This document shows, piece after piece, positions 56,439 to 64,000 of a stretch of DNA of 64,000 nucleotides. The stretch lies in NCBI GenBank assembly GCA_017999915.1, contig JAGNKX010000007.1:64488-128487 (forward strand), given 5' to 3'. The notes beneath the pieces are model-generated. The model did not search any database. It saw only the letters and a program-made list of their open reading frames with translations, and was not told where the DNA came from. Origin of the DNA: Spirochaetota bacterium (GTDB lineage: Bacteria; Spirochaetota; UBA4802; UBA5550). Each line of letters begins with the position of its first letter. Position 1 is the first letter of the stretch. Position numbers and translations under genes: made by a program.

Positions 56439-57509
56439 CTATGGTATCCATTTTTTGTCGCGGTACCATTGCAATACTCCAGGTAATGAGGCGCTGATAT
56501 TCGGATGTTCATGAACAAAACCGAGATCGCACAGGGCCTTGCTGGTATACGCGTGATGACCGATGAAGTAACAATAAAAGTCGCGGGGAAATGCCGGCTG
56601 TAGATCAGGCACAAGATTGTGCCGGGCTACTATTTTATTCCATTCCATGGACATGATCTTTGAGATGGGCTTTGCCGAAATTGCCACGGGCATGTGCCAT
56701 CCCAGTTTCCCCGCTGCGGATGCGAGGGCCAGCGGAATGGTGACCCTGCCCTTGGTCTTTATTCTGAAGTTTTCTTTGAGGACTTCGAAAAAATCGCCGG
56801 CTTCGAGCATCTCCTTCTCTGCAAGATTGTATACATTGCCGATGGTCCTGTCATCGCCCAGGGCAAACTCCACCGCCTTTACAATATCTGTGACATGGAC
56901 CCAGTTGAACATGGGCCCGCGTTTTATCCGGGGAAGGGGAATTTTTCTCTCGGAAAGTATGCAGGCGAAGGAATAGAATGCTCCAGCTATGTACTTGCCA
57001 CCGGGCCCATACACCACCGTCGGTCTGAAAATCGTGGCATCAATGTCGCTGCCCGCTATTAACACTTCTTTTTCAGCGTCCAACTTGCTTTTTCCATAGG
57101 CGTCAATCGGCTTGGTGGGATAGGTCTCATCCACGGGCCATGTGCTAGTTGAACCGTACACTCCGCCGGTCGAAATGTGTATGAAACGGCGAATATTTGA
57201 TTCCTTGCAGGCATTAATTAAATTCCGTGTGCCGTTCACATTGACTTTCGCGAGCACCTCGTAGGACAATGACAGGTCAAAGGCCGCGGCGCAGTGGACC
57301 ACGGCCGTCGCGCCGGATAGTACCGGCGCAAGCGTTTCTGGCCTGGTAAGGTCAAAGGAAGCTGTTTCCACTCCTTTCCCGGCTAGATTTTCAAGATTTA
57401 TAGCGGGCAGATCCACCGCTCTTACCCGGTATCCCGCTTCCGCCAATCGTTTTACCACATGCTCGCCGACATAACCGCCGGCCCCGTCTACAATGATCAA
57501 ACCTTTCAT
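56439..57509 (-). CDS. NAD-dependent epimerase/dehydratase (extended SDR, 3-beta-HSD-like)
   Basis: VDGAGGYVGEHVV Rossmann motif and YGKSK catalytic YxxxK. Confidence 0.8.
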   Translation of the reverse strand: MKGLIIVDGAGGYVGEHVVKRLAEAGYRVRAVDLPAINLENLAGKGVETASFDLTRPETLAPVLSGATAVVHCAAAFDLSLSYEVLAKVNVNGTRNLINACKESNIRRFIHISTGGVYGSTSTWPVDETYPTKPIDAYGKSKLDAEKEVLIAGSDIDATIFRPTVVYGPGGKYIAGAFYSFACILSERKIPLPRIKRGPMFNWVHVTDIVKAVEFALGDDRTIGNVYNLAEKEMLEAGDFFEVLKENFRIKTKGRVTIPLALASAAGKLGWHMPVAISAKPISKIMSMEWNKIVARHNLVPDLQPAFPRDFYCYFIGHHAYTSKALCDLGFVHEHPNISASLPGVLQWYRDKKWIP

Positions 57510-57586
57510 GCCGTGTATCTCCAGATAATTATATTAACATTTTTCATTTCAATCAGTGAAAGCAGCAGTCCCGAGGCTTCCCCCTG

Positions 57587-58210
57587 TTATTTTGACAATT
57601 TGCGAAGATATAACAGCAGGGCAACTCCGCTTGATACCGCTATGCCCAGACCGATTGTAAGCTCGACCGCCAGGGGAGTTAGAGAAAATGGGCTGAAGCT
57701 GACCAGGGGTACTGTTTCGCCTTTTGCGAACTGTTCGAAGGAAGCGACCTTCCAGAGACGGGTGGTGAGATTGACAATAACAAAAATGACCTCGTAGGCA
57801 ACCAGTACCGTGAGGATCCGCCAGCCCCATCCGGCCTTTTCCAGGTATGGCGCCGCGAGGTATCCGAGTAAAAAGCTGCCGGGATAAATAATTGCGAAAA
57901 GAAATACAATGTGAGAAACGGGGATGCCGTTGGGATCGATCCAATACATCCACATCCATGCCGGCTCGATAAGGTACGCGCCAACGGCGACTCCGACCCC
58001 TGATATCAGCATATATAAAAAGCTGAGGTTGAAACTCTTTCTTTTGAAAAGAGGTTTCTGCTGATCATCTTTCGGGGACATCAGCGAAAAGAGAAGGCCC
58101 AACAGGCCTGTCAGGATTATATCCAGCTGCACCGTTCCTGATTGGTCGCTAAGAATTGCCTTCAGACGTGAGATTGCAATGCGCAATGTTTTTTTCATTT
58201 TTCCTCTCAT
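57587..58210 (-). CDS. integral membrane protein, unknown function
   Basis: 5-6 hydrophobic helices, in an operon position between the SDR and START genes. Confidence 0.5.
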   Translation of the reverse strand: MRGKMKKTLRIAISRLKAILSDQSGTVQLDIILTGLLGLLFSLMSPKDDQQKPLFKRKSFNLSFLYMLISGVGVAVGAYLIEPAWMWMYWIDPNGIPVSHIVFLFAIIYPGSFLLGYLAAPYLEKAGWGWRILTVLVAYEVIFVIVNLTTRLWKVASFEQFAKGETVPLVSFSPFSLTPLAVELTIGLGIAVSSGVALLLYLRKLSK

Positions 58211-58256
58211 TGTTGATTATTTTAAAATTAAAATTTGTTTTGCATTAATAAATATT

Positions 58257-58970
58257 CTACAGTCCCAGTTTCATTCGCTGGCGGTAGTTCTGTCCGTTCA
58301 TTCCCCGCGCCGCCTCGACATACCTTGGAAGCTTTACCATCTTGGTCAGGTTCACGAGCGATTTGAAGGGGAAGTCCGTAGTGGCCATGTTCGCGATGAA
58401 GGGGGTTATCAGGCCTCCTGGTTCGGACCAGCTCAGGAAGGTTACGTCGGTCTTCCCGTCGGGAAGCTCTTTCAGTATCCATTTCACGTACATGGCTTTC
58501 AGGCGCACGTACCCTTTGGGGACCGGCACCCTGCTGTCGTCGGGAATGGCTTCGCAGTTCACGCGGATGACGTTTTCGGCCGGGTACACTGTCGCATTGG
58601 CGCGCAGTATAACGTCACGGTTTGACACCGGCCAGGGGAGGTCCATGACGTAATAAAGGTCGCAGTTCAGGGCGTCCCTGCAGGTGAGGCTGCGAAGGTC
58701 CTTGCAGGAGGCCACCCATTCCGGATAGGTGGGGAAATCCAGCATGAGCATGCCCACCGTGTAAAGGCCGGCATCGACGACGCACCGCCCCATGAATTCC
58801 CGGATGGGCGAACCCTCCACGTCCCGGTTATAGACCTTGACGCCGTTCCGCTCGACCCGGAGTTTCCATGGGTGTTCCGCCGAAGAGCCGTTTTTCTCGG
58901 CGGCGAGGATCGGGTCAGAGAAGAAGATATTCAATGCTACCAATGCCAATAGTACCTTAAAACATCTCAT
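58257..58970 (-). CDS. secreted START/lipid-binding-domain protein
   Basis: Start at ATG 58970 (AGGAGG upstream) gives the signal peptide MRCFKVLLALVALNIFF. WKLRVERNGVKVYNR...PIREF and LPWPVSNRDV are START-like. Confidence 0.6.
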   Translation of the reverse strand: MRCFKVLLALVALNIFFSDPILAAEKNGSSAEHPWKLRVERNGVKVYNRDVEGSPIREFMGRCVVDAGLYTVGMLMLDFPTYPEWVASCKDLRSLTCRDALNCDLYYVMDLPWPVSNRDVILRANATVYPAENVIRVNCEAIPDDSRVPVPKGYVRLKAMYVKWILKELPDGKTDVTFLSWSEPGGLITPFIANMATTDFPFKSLVNLTKMVKLPRYVEAARGMNGQNYRQRMKLGL

Positions 58971-59199
58971 TTGATAAAAACCTCCTGATGTTGTTCTTGG
59001 AATTTGAGTAGAAGCGACATGTGAATAATATAAATAAACCTGCCTGTTGCGTTTTATTAGTATCACACCGTTTGTTGCCCTGTCGTCCGCCTTTATAATT
59101 GGTTATTCAATCTTTATAAAATGGGACTTTATTTGGTGGAGAGGTTACCGGAAGAAATCCTCTCCGATATAGCCTCCACCCGCTGCTTGAACATGACCG

Positions 59200-62100
59200 C
59201 TAATTGTTCTGGAACCCGAGATTCCTGATCATTACACCGATGTCGATATGCGGATCATTCATATCAGCTATTGCGTTCAACATAACCGAAAGGTCGTCCC
59301 AGAGCGGGGAGTTGGGATCGCTTACAATGGACCAGCTCATGAAACCGTCCAGATCCTGGATTACATTTTTCATGGAATACGGCGTCGTAATATTAGTAAC
59401 AATGTAATGTACGATGCTGTCCTCGTCGTTAAGAAGGATTTGAACGTTTCTGAGAAGACGCTCGTATTTCTCACCGGTCCCGCCCGTTGTTTTCATGACA
59501 TCATGGATCTGCGGTATATACGTAAGGAGCTTTACCAGTTGATCAAATGAATTGGTCTTTCCCGGGCCATAGTCATATCCATGGTAGTGCCAGCCTGAAG
59601 AATCATGCCTGGCGAGAAGCTTGCCGGTCGTGTACAGGAGCCCCTGGCATTCATCCTCCGTCAGCTGCTGCGCTAAAAAAGCATTTATGATATTCACCAG
59701 GTTTTGTCTGACATCCCGGGTCCCCCCCATGAAGCTCGCCAGTAGATCGTACGATTCTTCGAAGTTCGACCAATTATCGCAAGTCGGCCAGTTATTGACG
59801 GTGCGAAACGCGCCTTCGTAACCCATATAATCCTCCAGATTAACATCTTCCGCCCGTGGGTTGAACATCCAGGCGTGCCGTGCGAAATCCACCGTGGCGA
59901 AATATCCATTTGTTATGGCTTCGCTCCTGTTGAACTTTATGGCTGTCATGAGCTGTTCGAGTCCTAAGGCGATATTTTCACGCTCGGTCGTATAGGGTTC
60001 ACTCCCCAGGAGCTGCAGCAGGCCCAGCAGCCTCGTGGCCAGGCCGCTGTTGTCCGTCATCATGGGGAAAACACCGTCATAACCGTTGATGCTGTTCCCG
60101 GCGAGAACGCTCAGCAGGGTGCGCAGCGAGTCCCGCGGTATGTAATTGTTGATGGTGGGCGTATAGCCCTTGTCAGAGACATTGGGCCTGAAATAGATAT
60201 AGGTATCGCCGGTTTCATCTTTTACCCGCGGGACCCACCGATCATTGGGTGAATTAAAACGCCGGAGCATGGGTTTGCCCAGTGGTATCAGAACCCCTTC
60301 AAGGATGTCGGCGAGGGGATACTTGTGAGGCGATGGTGATGTATGGTTATAATTGTATCCCGATGTTGATGGCACATACTTGGTCCAGTCACGAAGGGTG
60401 CCGGCCAGGGCGGACAGGGCCGGGGCAAGCCTGTTCCTGTTCCCCCATGCGGTGTCCCATTTCGACGATCTGTCGTCTGATAGTATGGCGCTGGCGTTAT
60501 TGATCAAAAAAGCCAGACGCGCCGCAGGCTCGATATTTCTGCCGATAGCGTCAGGGAGGACATGCCCTGATCCAAGAACTTTTTCAAACAGGAATTCGGC
60601 ATCTATATATACTATGCCAAGATTCAATAAATTCACCCGGTGGCAGAAGACCATGATACGGCCGTCGCCCGGTACATTTGAATCGCCGTAATCGGGTGTA
60701 TTCGCGTAATTGGGGTTATTCGCGGCGGCGGGTATTCCCTCGGTCCCAAGCTTGACCCAGCGGCCGTTGGCGCTTCCTTTTTTCGCGTTGGCAAGGCCCA
60801 CGGCGCCGTTGGCCTCGATAAGGATAAATGCCCCGGCTGATTGAATATTCAACAAATTCACAAACATGGGAATAATGAAGGAGAATTTTTTCTCGAACAG
60901 GAACCAGTGTATGTTTCTGAAGATCGCTTCTTCCTGGGTGGTGCATTCACGGATGGAAACGCCCGATCCGGGAGACGTTTCCTGGTTCTGTCCGATCCTT
61001 TCGTGAAATTTAAAGGTAGTGGCGTTTGTGGAAGCACCCGAGATGTCTATCAAATTGTATTTATCAGCATCGGCGGCTCCATTGACATAGGGTAATCCCG
61101 CATCATTCATCGGTGGAAGATTATAATAAGGAGTTGATCCGTGCTTGATGATGTAATGATCCGATACGACTGTATCCTTGTATCGATTGGCCCTCTGGCC
61201 ATTGGCGTCATCGGGGTCAGCCATGTCATCGCCGATACCGGTCTGTGTTGAATTGGGGTACGCATATTCCCACGATGCCGGGCTAGTCGAAGGTTTATAG
61301 ACATAGGCATAGACCTCGCCGTTTGGCTTGTAATAGACATTGACAGTCTTCCTTCCGCTCACCGGCAGCGTATAGCTGGCAGTGGCCGGATGATCCGTGT
61401 CATTGACATGGGTTGTCGAATAATAGGGCCCCTGGCCGTCCCATGCGACCCGGGCGATCCAGCTCATGAGGAACTGCGCGGTGTTCAGCACTCCTTTCCC
61501 ATCCGCGACCCTGGGCCAATAGGTCCGGTAATCATTTCTGTAGTTATTCGCCGCAAGCGTTGCGGCATTGGTTTCTGTCTCATTGCTGTTAACGGTTACC
61601 GCGGTATCCCCGCCATTGGGAATGCCGGCATCACCGGCGCAATTGGAAGGCAGCAGCAGCAGGGGAGGTGAGTCGTAACCAATGTAAAATTTATGATATC
61701 CGCTGTCGGCATCACCGGTCGTGAATGAGGATGAGCTCCGTGAAATGTGATTTCCCTGCTCGGTCCTCTTTGCCAGGGCCAGAGCGTATGAATTCATTGT
61801 ACTCGGAAGCGGGATACCAAGCAAAGCCAGTGTGTTTTTGATTGTAGTGCACATGCCCGGAGTGATGCTGTCTATAAGGGCAAAGAGGGCATCATTCGTG
61901 GACACGGAAAACATGCAGTCATTTATGGTCATCACGCCTTTGGTGGCGATGCCATGGCCATAATTGAAATTGGTGTAGTCGCCTTCTCCGGAGGCGGACC
62001 CGACCCGGGTCAGGAAGCCGAAGTGATAGGCGGATCCGATCGTATAGACGAGATGGTCCAGGTAGGACATCTGCGACCAGGCGGCATCGCTCGTCCGGTC

Positions 62101-63591
62101 CAGCAGCCTGCCGTTGTACTGAATGGTCCTCTTGAGGGTCGGCTCTATTGCGTTGACGCTGTCGGAATAGTCTATGCCCGCGGTTTTCAATCTGGCCAAT
62201 GCAACCATCAGCCCCTCGATGAGCGACTGCCGGTGTGCATCGGTTATGGAATAATCGGCCCCGCCGGTCCCGTCATTGCGAATAAAGAGCTTCACCAGCG
62301 TCGGCAGCATATCCCTCAGCGTTTCCTTGAAGGAGGCGTTCACATACCCATTGCTTGTGGTGGGATTGTGATAATCCGCGCTGGTGTCATACCGGCTGGC
62401 GTTGCCTGTCTCGTCATGGGCGAAGTAATACGATATGTTGCTGACGGCGTTTTCAATCCTGGCCTTCGCCGAAGCGTCTCTGGTGAGAAGGGCCGGCAGG
62501 TCCGTAAGGATCATATTGTTGATGGCGGTCCTCACTGTTTCGTCCTTCGCGGCAATGGAATTGAGGCCGTACAGGAGCTTGACCAGGCCCTTCACCGAGT
62601 TGCCCAGATCCGTATTGGTGGAATAAGCGCCGTTGTTCGCGTTGTCGCGGTTCGCGGGAGGGATATTGCCGCTGTTCACCCACATAGGATAGTCACAGGC
62701 CATCGTGAGGTTTCCGAGCAGCGTCGTCAGCCTGGATATATCGTATTCCACCTTTGTCGATCTGGCCCTATCGTTCCAGTAATTTGTTGTTGCCCCCACC
62801 TGGTTGTCGGTAAGGCAGCGGTCGTCCGATGCAATTGCCAGTGAATTGCCGGTCTGGTTATCGGCGTCATATAAGGTTACTTTCAATCCAATTGGCACTT
62901 TTACTGATGAGATGGCGCCGCTATGGGCCCCCAGATCAGAAGAGGAGTAGGATCCCACCGGAAGGTCGATGTATTTTACAGTGGACGATTCGTCGTACAT
63001 GGCGTTATCATAAAGGCGGACCTTCATCATGTTGCATATATCTGTTTCCAGTCCAGCGCGATCGGTATGGGAGTCCAGCTTGGTGTTGACCAGGTAATTT
63101 ACCGCCTGTGCGGCAATGGCCAGGACATCGCCGCTGATCTCGGTATTTTCTGTTATCCCGTCCAGGGCGGCATAGAATTGGGCCAGCCGGTCAATGGATC
63201 TGTCAGTCGAGTCATAATAGCCGCAGTCGGCGCCGGTGGGGCTATCGGCATAATGATGCGGAGTTGTATCCAGTATGATTTTAATCATACTGTTTATGTC
63301 CTTAATCATGGGCACCAGGAACGGCGCTTCGACCAGATTGACGGTATCCCGAAGAAATAGCGGAATCTCAAAGCCCTCAAGAATCATTTCTCCCAGGCCA
63401 TCGTTGAGTCTCTGGGTGTCCAGGCTGTCAACCCCGCTCTGGAGGGAGGGGAAATTTTGGAAAAGATCGAAAAGACTATATGGCGGCTTTTGTTCATTTG
63501 TTTGAAATGATTCCATCTGGCTTTTTGAGCAGCCGGTATTTATCAGTGATAAAAAAAAGAGAGTGATCATCAGGGAAAGAAACTTGTTCAT
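59200..63591 (-). CDS. 1463-aa lipoprotein of unknown function with an N-proximal beta/gamma-crystallin-like module
   Basis: Lipobox INTGC. Uninterrupted 4.4-kb ORF with coding-like composition. Residues ~190-283 (62743-63024): KVRLYDNAMYDESS...AISSVKVPIGLKVTLYDADNQTGNS...WNDRARS.KV. Confidence 0.65.
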   Translation of the reverse strand: MNKFLSLMITLFFLSLINTGCSKSQMESFQTNEQKPPYSLFDLFQNFPSLQSGVDSLDTQRLNDGLGEMILEGFEIPLFLRDTVNLVEAPFLVPMIKDINSMIKIILDTTPHHYADSPTGADCGYYDSTDRSIDRLAQFYAALDGITENTEISGDVLAIAAQAVNYLVNTKLDSHTDRAGLETDICNMMKVRLYDNAMYDESSTVKYIDLPVGSYSSSDLGAHSGAISSVKVPIGLKVTLYDADNQTGNSLAIASDDRCLTDNQVGATTNYWNDRARSTKVEYDISRLTTLLGNLTMACDYPMWVNSGNIPPANRDNANNGAYSTNTDLGNSVKGLVKLLYGLNSIAAKDETVRTAINNMILTDLPALLTRDASAKARIENAVSNISYYFAHDETGNASRYDTSADYHNPTTSNGYVNASFKETLRDMLPTLVKLFIRNDGTGGADYSITDAHRQSLIEGLMVALARLKTAGIDYSDSVNAIEPTLKRTIQYNGRLLDRTSDAAWSQMSYLDHLVYTIGSAYHFGFLTRVGSASGEGDYTNFNYGHGIATKGVMTINDCMFSVSTNDALFALIDSITPGMCTTIKNTLALLGIPLPSTMNSYALALAKRTEQGNHISRSSSSFTTGDADSGYHKFYIGYDSPPLLLLPSNCAGDAGIPNGGDTAVTVNSNETETNAATLAANNYRNDYRTYWPRVADGKGVLNTAQFLMSWIARVAWDGQGPYYSTTHVNDTDHPATASYTLPVSGRKTVNVYYKPNGEVYAYVYKPSTSPASWEYAYPNSTQTGIGDDMADPDDANGQRANRYKDTVVSDHYIIKHGSTPYYNLPPMNDAGLPYVNGAADADKYNLIDISGASTNATTFKFHERIGQNQETSPGSGVSIRECTTQEEAIFRNIHWFLFEKKFSFIIPMFVNLLNIQSAGAFILIEANGAVGLANAKKGSANGRWVKLGTEGIPAAANNPNYANTPDYGDSNVPGDGRIMVFCHRVNLLNLGIVYIDAEFLFEKVLGSGHVLPDAIGRNIEPAARLAFLINNASAILSDDRSSKWDTAWGNRNRLAPALSALAGTLRDWTKYVPSTSGYNYNHTSPSPHKYPLADILEGVLIPLGKPMLRRFNSPNDRWVPRVKDETGDTYIYFRPNVSDKGYTPTINNYIPRDSLRTLLSVLAGNSINGYDGVFPMMTDNSGLATRLLGLLQLLGSEPYTTERENIALGLEQLMTAIKFNRSEAITNGYFATVDFARHAWMFNPRAEDVNLEDYMGYEGAFRTVNNWPTCDNWSNFEESYDLLASFMGGTRDVRQNLVNIINAFLAQQLTEDECQGLLYTTGKLLARHDSSGWHYHGYDYGPGKTNSFDQLVKLLTYIPQIHDVMKTTGGTGEKYERLLRNVQILLNDEDSIVHYIVTNITTPYSMKNVIQDLDGFMSWSIVSDPNSPLWDDLSVMLNAIADMNDPHIDIGVMIRNLGFQNN

Positions 63592-64000
63592 TTATTACCT
63601 CCCCAAACTCAATTAAGTGACTCAAGAACATATGGAAAACCGTCCGGCCCGACTTTTAATAAAATTTTACATAACACCATGTAAACGAGTATGATCACTT
63701 GTATAAAAAATGATCCTTGATGCACATTACCCATATCCATGAAAATATCACACCGGCCATGAATCCGTCGTCCCTGTTTATAATTGATGAATCTGTTTTT
63801 ATAAAATGGGACTATTCTTTGGGAAGGCCTATCCTAGGGCATCCTCGCAAGTTTACCCTGAGCCTGTCGAAGGGCCGCACTTCCTGTGCGGCGAGTCGAT
63901 TATTTTTGCCCTGAACCAGGGCAGGGGATTTGACCGTGAGACGGTCGGCAATTTTGCGAGGAGGAGAGGGTGGCTTCCCTCTCCTCCTCGCGCTCCTTCT

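Noticed and set aside
1-64000. Search by eye for defence-system hallmarks (restriction-modification systems, helicase-nuclease pairs, TIR/SIR2 effectors, Cas genes, reverse transcriptases), prophage or IS genes, and tRNA or rRNA genes.
   Set aside because: None of the translated ORFs shows such motifs and no cloverleaf-like or rRNA-like segments were noticed. Absence by eye is weak evidence. tRNAscan, Infernal and defence-system HMM scans would be decisive.

Overview
64-kb chromosomal window from a diderm-type bacterium: many lipobox lipoproteins, an outer-membrane beta-barrel protein and a bactofilin. By eye I found no rRNA, tRNA, CRISPR array, transposase or integrase. All family calls rest on motif recognition in the supplied translations, with no searches run. 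(1) About 0.6-25.8 kb is a comparatively AT-rich surface-glycan/EPS locus. It holds a GT26 WecG/TagA-type transferase, three GT2 transferases, a CE4 deacetylase, two hexapeptide acetyltransferases and an FrhB-like Fe-S flavoprotein. It also carries two separate carrier-protein tailoring cassettes: ACP + AMP-ligase + PLP-decarboxylase, and AsnB-type amidotransferase + ACP + PP-loop sugar amidotransferase + a second AMP-ligase. Embedded in it are FN3-repeat lipoproteins and a 1071-aa lipoprotein with 8 tandem Ig-like repeats and a YW-repeat C-terminus. (2) About 26-53 kb is GC-rich core-like DNA: ppnP, glgX, tsaC, proS, etfBA, rpmB, a radical-SAM/HD/DUF62 operon, bactofilin and YlbF. It also contains a tight operon of an SPFH-Zn-ribbon protein, two DUF4178 proteins, DUF350, a membrane-fused aminopropyltransferase and a LysR regulator. 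(3) 53.4-63.6 kb is a minus-strand lipid-type cluster: membrane AraC, acyl-CoA synthetase, SDR, membrane protein, START lipoprotein and a 1463-aa orphan lipoprotein. The most notable observations are these. A DUF1573 gene upstream of glgX has an in-frame TGA exactly where the family has the first Cys of its CGC motif, followed by a SECIS-like hairpin, so it is a candidate selenoprotein. An LruC-domain lipoprotein gene is split by a single in-frame TAG. The SPFH/DUF4178/DUF350/SpeE module lacks a recognisable PspA. The two ACP cassettes resemble the exosortase-A-associated gene set, but no exosortase is in view. Several families of GC-rich palindromic, MITE/REP-like intergenic repeats are also present.
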